Of a DNA stretch of 64,000 bases, positions 48,270-62,200 are shown in pieces. This DNA is from Macrostomum hystrix (Eukaryota > Animalia > Platyhelminthes): assembly GCA_950097015.1 (NCBI GenBank), contig CATNEN010000039.1, positions 15,810,001-15,874,000 of the forward strand, written 5' to 3'. A program made the translations under genes and the position numbers. Numbering within the stretch: the first letter of the stretch is position 1; the number at the start of each line of letters is the position of its first letter. Below the pieces are notes generated by a model. It ran no database searches and was not told where the DNA came from. It worked only from the letters and a program-made list of their open reading frames with translations.

Positions 48270-49950
48270 ATCATTGAGATGGGATTTCAATGAGATGGGA
48301 TTTCATTGAGATTGGATCACATTGAGATGGGATTTCAATGAGATGGGATTTCAATGAGATGGGATTTCAATGAGATGGGATTATATTGAGATGGGATTAT
48401 ATTGAGATGGGATTATATTGAGATGGGTTTCATTGAGATTGGATTTCATTGAGATGGGATTTCATTGAGATGGGATTTCATTGAGATGGGATTTTATTGA
48501 GATGTGATTTCATTGAGATATGATTTCATTGAGATATGATTTCATTGAGATAGGATTTCATTGAGATATGATTTCATTTAGATAGGATTTCATTGAGATG
48601 GGATTTCATTGAGATGGGATTTCATTGAGATGGGATTTTATTGAGATGTGATTTCATTGAGATGGGATTTCATTGAGATGGGATTTTATTGAGATGTGAT
48701 TTCATTGAGATATGATTTCATTGAGATAGGATTTCATTGAGATATGATTTCATTTAGATAGGATTTCATTGAGATGGGATTTCAATGAGATATGATTTCA
48801 TTGAGATATGATTTCATTGAGATGGGATCACATTGAGATGGGATTTCATTGAGATGGGATAACATTGAGATGGGATTTCATTGAGATATGATTTCGTTGA
48901 GATATGATTTCATTGAGATATGATTTCATTGATGTGGGATTTCATTGAGATGGGATTTTATTGAGATGAGATTTCATTGAGATAGGATTTCATTGAGATA
49001 TGATTTCATTTAGATAGGATTTCATTGAGATGGGATTTCAATGAGATATGATTTCATTGAGATATGATTTCATTGAGATGGGATCACATTGAGATGGGAT
49101 TTCATTGAGATGGGATAACATTGAGATGGGATTTCATTGAGATATGATTTCGTTGAGATATGATTTCGTTGAGATATGATTTCATTGAGATATGATTTCA
49201 TTGATGTGGGATTTCATTGAGATGGGATCACATTGATGTGGGATTTCATTGAGATGGGATCACATTGAGATGGGATTTCATTGAGATATGATTTCATTGA
49301 GATATGATTTCATTGAGAAAAGATTTCAATGAGATATGATTTCATTGAGATATGATTTCATTGAGATGGGATTTCATTGAGATATGATTTCATTGAGATA
49401 TGATTTCATTGAGATATGATTTCATTTAGATATGATTTCATTGAGATATGATTTCATTGAGATGCGATTTCATTGAGATTTGATTTCATTTAGATGGGAT
49501 TTCATTGAGATTTGATTTCATTTAGATGGGATTTCATTGAGATGGGATTTTATTGAGATGAAATAAATGAGATTTGATTTCATTGAGATGCGATTTCATT
49601 GAGATTTGATTTCATTTAGATGGGATTTCATTGAGATGGGATTTTATTGAGATGAAATAAATGAGATAGGATTTCATTGAGATGCGATTTCATTGAGATG
49701 CGATTTCATTGAGATTTGATTTCATTTAGATGGGATTTCATTGAGATTTGATTTCATTTAGATGGGATTTCATTGAGATGGGATTTTATTGAGATGAAAT
49801 AAATGAGATATGATTTCATTGAGATGCGATTTCATTGAGATTTGATTTCATTTAGATGGGATTTCATTGAGATTTGATTTCATTTAGATGGGATTTCATT
49901 GAGATGGGATTTTATTGAGATGAAATAAATGAGATAGGATTTCATTGAGA
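48270..49950. repeat. 16-bp minisatellite (ATTTCATTGAGATGGG)
   Basis: About 105 units with higher-order blocks. Confidence 0.95.
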
Positions 49951-50739
49951 GCGGACTTCCTTTAGATAGGATTTAAATTAAAACGTGATTTTTAGGACGG
50001 GTTAAAAAAAATTTCTGAGCTTTCTTCAACAAAGTCAAGATCTAGACAATGTATGTGATTTCAACGCAAAATGTAGCGAAAAATCAAAAGCAAACAGCAA
50101 CCAGAAATGCTCACTGGAAAAAGACTCAGTAGAGGCCATGCCGCAGGTCAGCTGGGCGAGTCCAGCACTTTTCTTATTGGTCAGAAGCGGTGCTGTGCTG
50201 TAAACGGAAGCATTTTTATTTCTCCTTCATAAATTTCATTTTTACGATCAACTTTTAAATCGAAAATAAACTAGCTTTAAAGTGGCGATAGATTTTTAGA
50301 TTAAAATGAAATAGATAAGTTTTTATCGAAAAAAAGAATAATGAAACAATATTCCCACTATACTACTGATGCATGCTTTAAAAGTAGTAGTGCATAGAAC
50401 TAAACGTAAAAAGCAATATTAATTTGTATTTGGTTTAGAATATTTACTTCACGGGATTAAACATCACATAGAATTAATTTAAATAGATAATTAAATGAAG
50501 TTACAAAACTGCTTCAAGTATATCGTGTATATTTTCATTAAATGTTCTACATTTTCCAATATTTTACACAATACATGCCAATTTCAACGATAATTTTTTA
50601 CATTTTACTTAGAAAGCAAAAAAAGAAAATGCAAAAAGGAAGACGATGAATTTTTCGTAAACTCATGATTAAAAATGGAGTTCGGGCATCGGAAATGTTT
50701 ATCTTTGGATTACTGTAGCTCTTTAATAATTGAAACTAA

Positions 50740-51545
50740 TCCAAGACCCAAATAATGACCAATTCAAAATCAAAATGACCATTCCAAGACCAAAATGACC
50801 AATCCAAGACAAAATTGACCAATCCAAGACCAAAATGACCAACCCAAGATCAAAATGACCAATCCAAGACCAAAATGACCAACCCAAGATCAAAATGACC
50901 AATTCAATACCAAAATGACCATTCCAAGACCAAAATGACCAATCCAAGACCAAAATGACCAATCCAAGACCAAAATGACCAACCCAAGATCAAAATGACC
51001 AACCCAAGATCAAAATGACCATTCCAAGACCAAAATGACCAATCCAAGACCAAAATGACCATTCCAAGACCAAAATGACCAACCCAAGATCAAAATGACC
51101 AATTCAATACCACAATGACCATTCCAAGACCAAAATGGTCAATCCAAGACCAAAATGACCATTCCAAGACCAAAATGACCAATCCAAGACCAAAATGACT
51201 ATTCCAAGACCAAAATGACCAACCCAAGACCAAAATGACCAACCCAAGACCAAAATGACCAACACAAGACCAAAATGACCAACCCAAGACCAAAATGACC
51301 AACCCAAGACCAAAATGACCAACACAAGACCAAAATGACCAACCCAAGACCAAAATGACCAACCCAAGAACCAAAATGACCAACACAAGATCAAAATGAC
51401 CAACCGAAGATCGAAATGACCAACCCAAGATCAAAATGACCAACCCAAGATCGAAATGACCAACCCAAGACCAAAATGACCAATTCAATATCAAAATGAC
51501 CAATTCAATATCAAAATGACCAATTCAATGTCAAAATGACCAAGG
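50740..51545. repeat. 20-bp minisatellite (CAAAATGACCAACCCAAGAC)
   Basis: About 40 units. Confidence 0.95.
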
Positions 51546-51684
51546 GAGGATTAAAGAGATACAGCTAGAATCAATAAATGAAATAAAAATGATCTATGAT
51601 AAATTTATGATTAGAATGACCATTCAATGCCAATCGCGATTATCGATGTAAAACTGAAATGACCAACATATGATTGTTATTAGA

Positions 51685-51900
51685 AACCTAGGATTGTAAT
51701 TACCAATCTAGGATTAGTATGACCAACCTAGGATTGATATGACCAACCTAGGATTGACATGACCCCAACCTAGGATTGACATGACCAACCTAGGATTGAC
51801 ATGACCCCAACCTAGGATTGACATGACCAACCTAGGATGGATATGACCAATCTAGGATTAGTATGACTGATCTATTATTGCTATGACCAATCCCAGGATG
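51685..51900. repeat. ~20-bp repeat (GACCAACCTAGGATTGACAT)
   Basis: About 10 diverged units downstream of TMEM43. Confidence 0.85.
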
Positions 51901-51988
51901 AAAAAGACTAACCAATGATCAAAACGAGTAACCGCCAGTGTGAATTAAAAGCAAACAATAAATCCGCTAAAGCAGTTTAGCCGATGAC

Positions 51989-54367
51989 TCAAATAGGTGC
52001 CGTGGCAGTTCGAGTCCGCAGTCGAGCAGTGGCAGCCGTCAGCAACGGCCGCAGTCGAATCAGCGCGGCGGGCGCGCAGCAGACAGCCAGCAGGCCCAGG
52101 CCCATAGCCGGCCGATGCCGTAGCCAAGCCAGTCCTGTGACGCCGATCGATAAGCAGCCGGACAGGCAGAGGCCGATGGTGAAGGATGGCAGGCTCAGCA
52201 GAGGTCGCAGCGGAGGACAGCAGCGCCAGATGATGGAGTCAGCCAGACGAGGACGAAGCGCAAAGTAGGCCACCAGCATCAGCAGCCAGGCCAGGCATCT
52301 GATTAGCCACAGCTTGAGCTTGCTCTTTGCTAACTCTCTGGCAAACATTCGCCTAGGAGATTGGTAGCCCTTGGCCAGCAGGGCTATAGAGTCGATCTCG
52401 CCGTTTGGCACCGGATAAGCCGTCAATCTGTCTTGGGATTGTCGCCCGATGACTGTAAAGACGTCGCCCGCTAGGCCGGCGTAGCTCCAGGTGAGGCGGG
52501 CGTCGCCTATTTGAGGCTTCCTAGGATCAGCGCCACGAACGTACAGGTGTCCGCCTAGCCACTGATAGCCCCGTCTCGCCAGCTCCTCGATGGGCACCTG
52601 ACAATGTTGGAGATCAGAAAATTGGGAGAAATCACTGTCTGTAGATCTGTAGATGCGATTGATAGACATCTGTAGATGCGATTGATAGACATCTGTAGAT
52701 GCGATTGATAGACATCTGTAGATGCGATTGATAGACATCTGTAGATGCGATTGATAGACATCTGTAGATGCGATTGATAGACATCTGTAGATGCGATTGA
52801 TAGACATCTGTAGATGCGATTGATAGACATCTGTAGATGCGATTGATAGACATCTGTAGATGCGATTGATAGACATCTGTAGATGCGATTGATAGACATC
52901 TATTGACTAGATTGATGAATATCTCAAGACTCAATCGGTGGATGTCTCTAGAGCAAGGGATTCGTAGATAACTCTAGATTAGATTGATAGATATCTTTCG
53001 GATAGATTTGATGGATATCATAAGATTATAAATATTATTTTCATTAATAAGACAATATACTTAATTGATTAGAATACCTCTACAAATGAGATGACTGTGA
53101 TTAATATTAGTTGTCTATATTACAAAACCAAGGTTCATGAGCTCGAAATTAGCACCTTGTCGTGAAATTTGAGCACTCGAGTGCCTTGAGACGATGAGAA
53201 AGTCATGGCCTGAATTACACATCCTCATTACCTGTAGCCAAATGATGCTTATAGATTTATCCCAAAATGGGACATCAGGAGTTCCCTAGTCGTGCTCACC
53301 TCGTCACTGGGTGGCTTTTCCACCTGAGTGTCCGGCACCAGCTGGTCCAGAAAGACCCCAGTCAGCTGATAAGCTCCCAAACTGGCCGAGTCGGCCGTGA
53401 AACTCATCTCGGCGTGTGGCATCGCGCGTGGATTCTGGTGACTCCGACTCTCTAGAAACAACCGACTGTCGATTAGGCGCGGCTCCCAGGCGGCCGAGTA
53501 AATTGGCACCGACTCTGATCGGGAACTGCCGTCTGGTTGGGTCACCTGAGCATACAAATTCGATGTTTAACTCTTGATAAAAAACATTATCTTATCTCTT
53601 ATCTGAAGTCTCGTGGATAGATAGAAAGGCCGCTTTATGTTATCTTATCTCTTATCTGAAGTCTCGTGGATAGATAGAAAGGCCGCTTTATGTTATCTTA
53701 TCTCTTATCTGAAGTCTCGTGGATAGATAGAAAGGCCGCTTTATGTTATCTTATCTCTTATCTGAAGTCTCGCGGATAGATAGAAAGGCCGCTTTATGTT
53801 ATCTTATCTCTTATCTGAAGTCTCGTGGATAGATAGAAAGGCTGCTTTATGTTATCTTATTTCTTATCTGATGTCTCGCGGATAGATAGAAAGGCCGCCT
53901 AATCATTATATCTCCTATGAGTTATGTCAGTTATCTGCAAGTTTAAAAGCGTTTCCCACCTCGTTGTTTTCAAGCTCCTCTCGCCACTGGTACATCTCCA
54001 CCGTGCGCCGCATCCTGTAAGCCCGGAGTCGAACCCCAAACTCGGGGTCCAGGCACCAGCCTGAGATGTCCAGCTTGCCGGAGATGTGCACCAGGCGATC
54101 TTCGTTGCTAGCCGAGTGATACTCCGCTGCTGGCAGTGACGTCACTCGTTCCAAACCTTCGTAGAGAACTCGATCCCTGGCCACAGCTTGCGCCTCGTTC
54201 CAGAAGGCCAGAATGCAGCCCGCCAGTAGCAGACCGCAGCAGACCAGGCAGCGGACAGCTGTAACTCCACGGCTCTCATTCTGCTGAGCTTGCCGCTGCT
54301 GCAGTCTGGCAGCGACAGCGATGCTGTCAGCAAAGCCGGGGTCATTTGGGAAATTTCTTCGATACAT
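51989..54367 (-). CDS. TMEM43: Transmembrane protein 43 (LUMA), 3 exons, ~420 aa
   Basis: Exons 54367-53960, 53545-53300 and 52597-51989, all phase 0, GT-AG. Motifs: TM1-FWNE, LVHISG.L, LDPEFGV, RRTVEMYQWRE, W...LIDS..F.....HQNP..MP, P.IGDAR, TVIG.Q, W..R...W.LM, then C-terminal TM helices. Confidence 0.93.
52640..52900. repeat. 23-bp minisatellite (TCTGTAGATGCGATTGATAGACA)
   Basis: About 11 perfect units in TMEM43 intron 2. Confidence 0.95.
53587..53900. repeat. 53-bp minisatellite in TMEM43 intron 1
   Basis: TTATCTTATCTCTTATCTGAAGTCTCGTGGATAGATAGAAAGGCCGCTTTATG, about 6 units. Confidence 0.95.
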
Positions 54368-56281
54368 GTGATTCAATTGATTGGACTTACCGGCTGCAAC
54401 AAAATAGAATACTTTTTGTTTTTCATTTGATTAGGTTTATTTATTAAATCTTAATGACAGCTATATCAATGACTATAATTAATTCATAATTAAATTCTTA
54501 TCATAACAACTGCACAAGTTGTTGTGACTAGATTTCTGTAAGCATAATCTATATTGTTCGTTCTAACGCACTGAACTCCACAAATACCCTGAATCCCCGA
54601 TTTATTAAGAACAAGTTTTACGAAATATGACTTGACATATCAGTTCCTTTTAAAAGGCTCACTAAAAGGATACAAATGTTAGTTTTTAATATTTTATTTT
54701 GATTTACAAGCTAAAGTATAGAATCTAAGATGCAAATTGAAAAATATACTATTGTAAAATATAGAGACGTGTAGCTAATATAACATGAAAAAATACTGTG
54801 ATAATCATGGGCAATAGAAATTCTTACATACATTCACATATTTTAAAAAGTTTGGTTATAATCTCAAATAGCTAAATAATAATCAAGAATACTGTAGAAA
54901 GACTTGCTTGCAAAAAAAACAACTAAATATATAAAGATTTAATCAGTTTCTTCAAAGCTTTAATATTGAAAACCTGTAATTGTATGCTCATGTAAAAGCA
55001 ATCGAAAATATAGATAAAATGTGCACATAAGTTATAAGAAAACGCCAATGGGTTATAGAATGCATAAAAAGGTGTTCTAGATTAGAGTTTCTACACTAAG
55101 TTTACTTAATAAAATCTAAATCTGTTAAATATTGTTCTGAGAATCGCTAATTACTTCCAAAAAGTCTTGTGACAGCAGAAAAGGACATATTTTTTTACTT
55201 TCACGGAAATGTAGCGTGGCAAAAATGCTGTGTTGAATCCTTCGTCATTGATAAATGGGTGATAAATGTGTGCTACATATATTTAAAACAGAAATAATAA
55301 ATTATAGATTTAAACTACTATATAAAAGATACAGATATTTCAAACATAAAAAAACCTTTTTTCGTAAGTATATGTAAATTTTTTGTTTAGAACAATGTGT
55401 CGTAATTAATTAATATCGTCCGGAAAAACCTTAGTCATATGGACGAAACAACTGAATTTTATTACTTTGAATACTGAGAAAATTCTTCAATGTGCATACA
55501 TACAAATGCATGAATGAATAAACTTACTTTTAAATCAGTCTGCATATTCATCGCAGTTATTCAGATTGACTGAGTTTACATGCACATGCAGCAAGCTTTA
55601 TACGCCGTTAAATACGCAGCCAATTTTTTCACTTCTTCTATGACCTATAGTTTTACTTACAGTTATTCGTTTCTGGAGCGGCAGCTGTATGTTGAGGTAA
55701 CCAAAATTTAGTACGTAGAATATAAATGAATTAAACTGTAAATGAAGAACAAAACTCGATTAGAATTTACGGAATATAAAGCGAAGTTTTCGTCCTGCAT
55801 TCGTCCTGCACTTCGTCCGGATTTAGGATTTTATTTTTTGGGTAACAATGCGTGCTAATATGATTATAACATGTACATTTACAAATTCGAACACGCATGA
55901 TACGCGTACATGTACAGGATGAATCCATTTCAATTTATTGAAAAAGAATCCATATAAAGAAACGATTCAGTAATCGACATAAAAAATTATTTTAGATATA
56001 TATTTCTTTATATCGTGTACAGTACTACGAATTCAGACAGTTAACAATAGTTTAATAGAGAAATAAAGCACCGAAATGTTCCCGACTGCATGAAATGAAA
56101 TTTTATTTATATTTACGTTCTACTATATAGTTTTAAGTCTAGTTTATTTTTAATATATAATAATGCAGCCGACTCTAAATTTGTAAAATATTTTTTTAAC
56201 AAAAGTCGTAAGACCAAACAAATAATAATAATAAATATTGAAATTGTCCAGGTGTATGCTGACATGTGCCGCTGGATGAAT

Positions 56282-59200
56282 TTAAGTGTCACCAACTCCT
56301 GGCCTAAGCGGGTCTTTGGCATTCAACGCGTCCTCCAAAGCTTTGTAGCTCTCGGTTTCCGTGGAGAACGGATTGCCCTGGAGATAATTTTAAGAAGTGC
56401 ATGCAATTTAACCGTCAGTCAAATCTAGGTTAGAACGGCATGTTCTACCAAAATCTAATAGGGCAGCTCACCTGCAACATCAGTTTGAGCATGCCAGTCC
56501 CGTGCACTTTCTGCTTGGCCATGTAGGCCTCCTGATATTTAATGGCCGTCTTCCATTCCTCGATGCCGCGATCAGTGATTTGATTTCCTGGAACGCAATA
56601 TATTAACGATTTACTGACCCATTCAGCGCCGACTGATTGAGTCTGAAGGACTGGTTAAAATCCTCTCTCTCTCTCATTTAATAGTTAATTTTCATTGGCT
56701 GACGAGTTTAAAGGGTGATTCAATAAGGGGAGTAACCACAAGCTGCACTAAAATTAGCAACAAATTTGCCTTGGCCAATTGAATTTTATCGGCTACTGTT
56801 TGTCACGTGCTTAAATTTAAGTAGAATGGGGTAGATGAGGGGGTTCCCAAAAAGCTATTGTGAATCCCAAATTCACAATTTTGAGCAAATAGCCCGGGTT
56901 TTCAACCGAAGTTGAGCATAAGATCGCATGTCCCTAATTTTTTTAAATATGCGCCAATGTTATTTTGGATAGTATTATAAAATTTTTCTCGCAAGTGATA
57001 AAATAAAGAGCAAAATAGCAAAATAACACTAAATAACAGTCCGTATTTTTTCGAGAAATGTTATGGTGAATTTTTTATTTGAATACGTGAATGTTATACC
57101 AAATTATAAGTAAAACACTTCTCCAATACGGTTGAACACTATTCATACTACTTACAAAGTTTCAGTAGATTTGCATCAGCGTATCGATTGCTTTTGCTAA
57201 ATGTTTTATTACCGTCGGAAATTTTATAACAAAAGAACCAATGAATAAAAATAGTACAGATTTAAAAAAATCAATTCAATCAATGTTATGGTCAAATGGA
57301 ACTCACGCGACAAGTTGAGCAGGGCCAAAGCATAGTTGCCTGGCACTAGCAGGTGGCCAGGAGCGAAGCTGGCATCGGCACGTTCAAGCAGAGGGTGCTC
57401 AGAGTCGAAGTGAACCTCCGTTTGCTATTTTGATTGGTAAAAACAAAAATTTATTCGTTTAATTAGTTTTTAATTGCCGTTCAACAGTAGAAAAAGCAAC
57501 CAATCGTCATGAAAACCCAGTACAATGGCAAGCAGTTTCTGCTCCATCCGATGAAAAAAACTTCCAGAATCACAAAACATCGGCATCGTCGAGATATTCA
57601 AAGATTCTCGTCGGGGTGTCTGCGGACGGCTTTGAAATTTTGTTCATTATGGGCGGAAAATTTTGATTCAGATGGGTGGACTTTCACGAAAATCGGTCAC
57701 TCGGTTTGGGAAGTATCGTGAAGTACTCGTAGGAAGTGATTGTTTGACATATCCCCCGTGCTTTTTCTCCAGGTGGAAAAATAGCGTGGTCGATCTACTG
57801 TCAAATCCGTTCTACGCTACTTACAGTAGACGCAATGGTAAATAGCAGCCAAAAATAATCTCACCTCTGGCTCGGGCTGGGGCGTGGCCACTTTAACCCG
57901 GGCACCGCGGCCTTTGCCAGACTTGGCGCCGGCTTTGGCATCTTTGTCCTTGTCCTGGGCAGCTGCGTGTGGGTAAGCAAAGGCAATTTATTCTGACTTT
58001 TTACCGAAATCAGAAATCCCACCAAAGTTCGACATTCGCTTACCCTTTCCCTTTGCCTTCGGATCCTCTTTGGCTGGCGTTTTGCCTTTAGCTTTGTCAT
58101 CTGGCTTGGCTTTCTCGTCCTGGAAATGAATGGGAGTAAATGCGTTGGTGTGTTCAATGATTACTCTTCCCCTTTCTCTTCCCCTTTCTATTCCCCTTTC
58201 TCTTCCCCTCTCTTCCCCTTTCTCTTCCCCTTTCTCTTCCCCTTTCTCTTTCCCTTTCTCTTCCCCTTTCTCTTCCCCTTTCTCTTTCCCTTTCTCTTTC
58301 CCTTTCTCTTTCCCTTTCTCTTCCCCTTTCTCTTTCCCTTTCTCTTCCCCTTTCTCTTCCCCTTTCTCTTCCCCTTTCTCTTTCCCTTTCTCTTCCCCTT
58401 TCTCTTCCCCTCTCTTCCCCTTTCTCTTCCCCTTTCTCTTTCCCTTTCTCTTCCCCTTTCTCTTCCCCTTTCTCTTCGCCTTTCTCTTCCCCATTTCTCT
58501 TTCCCTCTCTCTTCCTTATCTTACTCATCCTCCACATTCAGTTCCTCATCCTTCTCATTCATTACCTCATCCTTCTCATTCATTACCTCATCCTTCTCAT
58601 TCATTAGCTCATCCTTCTCATTCATTACCTCATCCTTCTCATTCATTACCTCATCCTTCTCATTCATTACCTCATCCTTCTCATTCATTACCTCATCCTT
58701 CTCATTCATTACCTCATCCTTCTCATTCATTACCTCATCCTTCTCATTCATTACCTCATCCTTCTCATTCATTACCTCATACTTCTCATTCATTACCTCA
58801 TCCTTCTCATTCATTACCTCATCCTTCTCATTCATTAGCTCATCCTTCTCATTCATTACCTCATCCTTCTCATTCATTACCTCATCCTTCTCATTCATTA
58901 CCTCATCCTTCTCATTCATTACCTCATCCTTCTCATTCATTACCTCATCCTTCTCATTCATTACCTCATCCTTCTCATTCATTACCTCATACTTCTCATT
59001 CATTACCTCATCCTTCTCATTCATTACCTCATCCTTCTCATTCATTAGCTCATCCTTCTCATTCATTACCTCATCCTTCTCATTCATTACCTCATCCTTC
59101 TCATTCATTACCTCATCCTTCTCATTCATTACCTCATCCTTCTCATTCATTACCTCATCCTTCTCATTCATTACCTCATCCTTCTCATTCATTACCTCAT

Positions 59201-62200
59201 CCTTCTCATTCATTACCTCATCCTTCTCATTCATTACCTCATACTTCTCATTCAGTTCCTCATTACATCAGCCACTTCCTTATCTTCACCACCTTCTCAT
59301 TACCTTCTTTCCCTTTCCTGCAGTCTTGGCGGCAGCAACGGCGGCCGCAGCTCCGCCGGCCTTCTTGTCGCGGTCCTTCTCGATGCTGCGAACGCTCGCG
59401 GGCCGGTCCGCTCCCTTGCGACTCGGCGGCGGCTGATCGGAGAGTTAAATAAGCGTCATGTTTATTAGGTTACATTTTAGTTTTTGTGTAACTACTCCTA
59501 CTGATAGTAGTAATATTCGGCATCCAATTCTGATTACTTATTAATCAAGAAGATAGACATGGTATTGTAAATAACAATCAGATTAATTAGACGTCAAGCT
59601 AATCAAACATTGACTCCGCAAAGAACAGAAAATTAGCAGAGCAGTTTGTTATTCAATTGATAAGTACAAACACGTCAATCGGACAGAAATATCGCCAATA
59701 AAAACTGTAAAAGTAGTAAAACTGCTTTTGACAAAAAATCATTAGACTCAAGTGTCGGCAAGCTTAAATACTTGTACTTTTCATACGTTAGAGATTAAAC
59801 GGGATTTAGACAAAGCTAGAGAAATTAGTGGCAACAACACGGCATGTTGCTATGCGATTACTAAGGGCAACGCAAGGCAAACGCAAGCTGCAGGTACCGT
59901 GGCGTGGGAAGAATCTGGCCGACTCTGCCGACTCTCTCTGTCGGGCTAAAATAATTAATTTGGCGATTGACAGAAGTTAAATAAAGCGAGGAAAACAGCA
60001 AATTAGAAAATGAGAAGACTAGACAACTACCACACTGTACAAATGGTCGAGACCTAGGTTAGATAAAAAGAAAGCAGGTCTCTAATTTGCTAAGGTTTCT
60101 GATTGGCTGCGGTTTCTCATTGGCTAAGGTTTCTGATTGGCTGCGGTTTCTTATTGGCTGAGGTTTCTCATTGGCTGAGGTTTCTCATTGGCTGAGGTTT
60201 CTGATACTTAAAACTCTTGTGCAAAAATACAATTTCTTTTGTATTTCAGTTCAGGTATTTTAAAAAGCAATAAAATTCTACAGAACAGTAGAAGTTGGTG
60301 CTATCGACTGTAAAACGTGCCAAAGTTAATCGACGACATCGACGACAAAACAATTAAACGAAAGAACTGAATTCTCACAGACTCACAGATGAAATGTCAC
60401 AGACTGCACTAGGCTATGTGTAATAAATATACGAGCTCGATTTTTTTCACTGCTTACCGTTGTCGCTGACTGCACGTCAATATGTTTAGTTAGGAGGGTT
60501 GTCTGTTAATTATTTGTATTCTTTTGAAGTTGGTTAGTAGTCAGAGCGATCCAGTGCGAAGCAGAAATACGCTAGACTATCTAAATGCCTGGATTTCGAA
60601 AATTCCTGATTGACTGAAATTTCTGATTGGCTAGATTTCTGATTGGATTGATTTATTATTGCCTGGGATTTCTGATTGGCTGGGATTTCTGATTGGCTAG
60701 ATTTCTGATTGGCTAGATTTCTGATTGGCTGAGATTTCGGATTGGTCAACATATTCATTAGTTTTTATATTGGCAAATATTAATAGCTGTATTCTTCTTC
60801 CACTATTTCTACATCACTGAATCGCTTTTGGGAAAATCAATCGAATGCGCAACACGGAAGTGACGTTGTTCAGCCCTGTGTTTAAGCTAGAAAATACCAT
60901 GAGGATTTCTTATCTAATAGCTTTCGTTAGTTAAGTTAAGAGTTCTACTGAATGAATATCTGAAATTCTGAATAAAAAGACATATTTTTTGCAGTTTTAC
61001 CCAGGGCAGAACAATGTCGCTAAATAGATCATTCAGCAGGGCTGAGAACTTACAACGCGCAGTTGAGAATTAGTGTTAGCATTGGTGTGGCTATGGCTAT
61101 GGCTATGGTTAGTGCTAGTTGAGCTAGCGTTGCCGTGGCTACCAGCGACGACGCTATTTGGCGCCAATTCAAATGCAGCCGAACTCACACTGATACCGGA
61201 GCGGGCGTCCACGGACATAAGGCGTCGGCGCTGGACTGTCTCCTCGTGAGTGAGGAAGAAGCGAGAGCAGACCCGGGCCAGGGCGACCGCGGACCGGTCG
61301 GTCAGACGGTTGTTGCTAAGCGACAGGTGAAGCAGCGTGCGGTTGGTGCGCAACGACTGGAGGCGGGGCAGATAGAGACGGATTTGCTGATAGTGGACAC
61401 CCTAGCTGACCATTCACTGACCCTAATGTCAGTGGACAGCCTGGGCAAAGCTAGTGGATACCCAGATGGAAGCTAGTGGACACCCAGATGGAAGCTAGTG
61501 GACACCCAGGTTGTAGCTTGTGGACCCCAGGTAATAGCTGATGGACACCCAGGTGAAACATAGTGGACACCCAGGTGAAACATAGCGGACACACAGGTGA
61601 AGCATAGTGGACACCCAGGTGAAACATAGTGGACACCCAGGTGTAGCTAGTGGACACCCAGGTGATAGCTAGTGGACACCCCAGGGGGAAGCTAGGGGAC
61701 TATTCGACCATAATAATAGAGGGCAATAAGCAGTACGGACCTTCGACAAAGCTTCCACGCCATCGTCACCAATGCAGTTTGATGACAAGTCCAGCGACAC
61801 CAGCTTCGAGGGTGTCTCGCGCAGGCCGTCCAGCTGTTTAGCGATGGCCACCGCAGCTCGGTCGCCGAGCTGGTTGAATCTCAGTCGCAGCTTTGTGAGG
61901 CTATGTGAGGGTGGAGATCAACAGATGCTTAGTGTCTACTGTCAGTAGTGTGTAAAAAGTATACAATAATTTAAAGAACTCGCTGCCATCTCATAGCCAA
62001 CTTACTTGCTATCAACTCGGATCAACTCAGCAAAGACTTCTTCATCAGCCACTGGTCCGTTGGACTCCAACGCCAAAGAGCGCAGATTCGGCATGCGTTC
62101 CAAAAGTTGAGCCAGAGTGTCAACGATGCTGACGTCGGCTGCCACGCGCCACAGACTTTTGGTGATGAAAAATAGCGAATTTATACTTGACATTTTACAT

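Noticed and set aside
13765-59452. Long ORFs in repeats (13808, 15152/15156, 22412, 25494/25607/25642, 32109-32656, 36774/36850, 40278, 45100-46145, 46603/47027, 51090, 58126/58130/58521)
   Set aside because: They are periodic translations of stop-free tandem units, open in several frames, and lie in introns or intergenic DNA.
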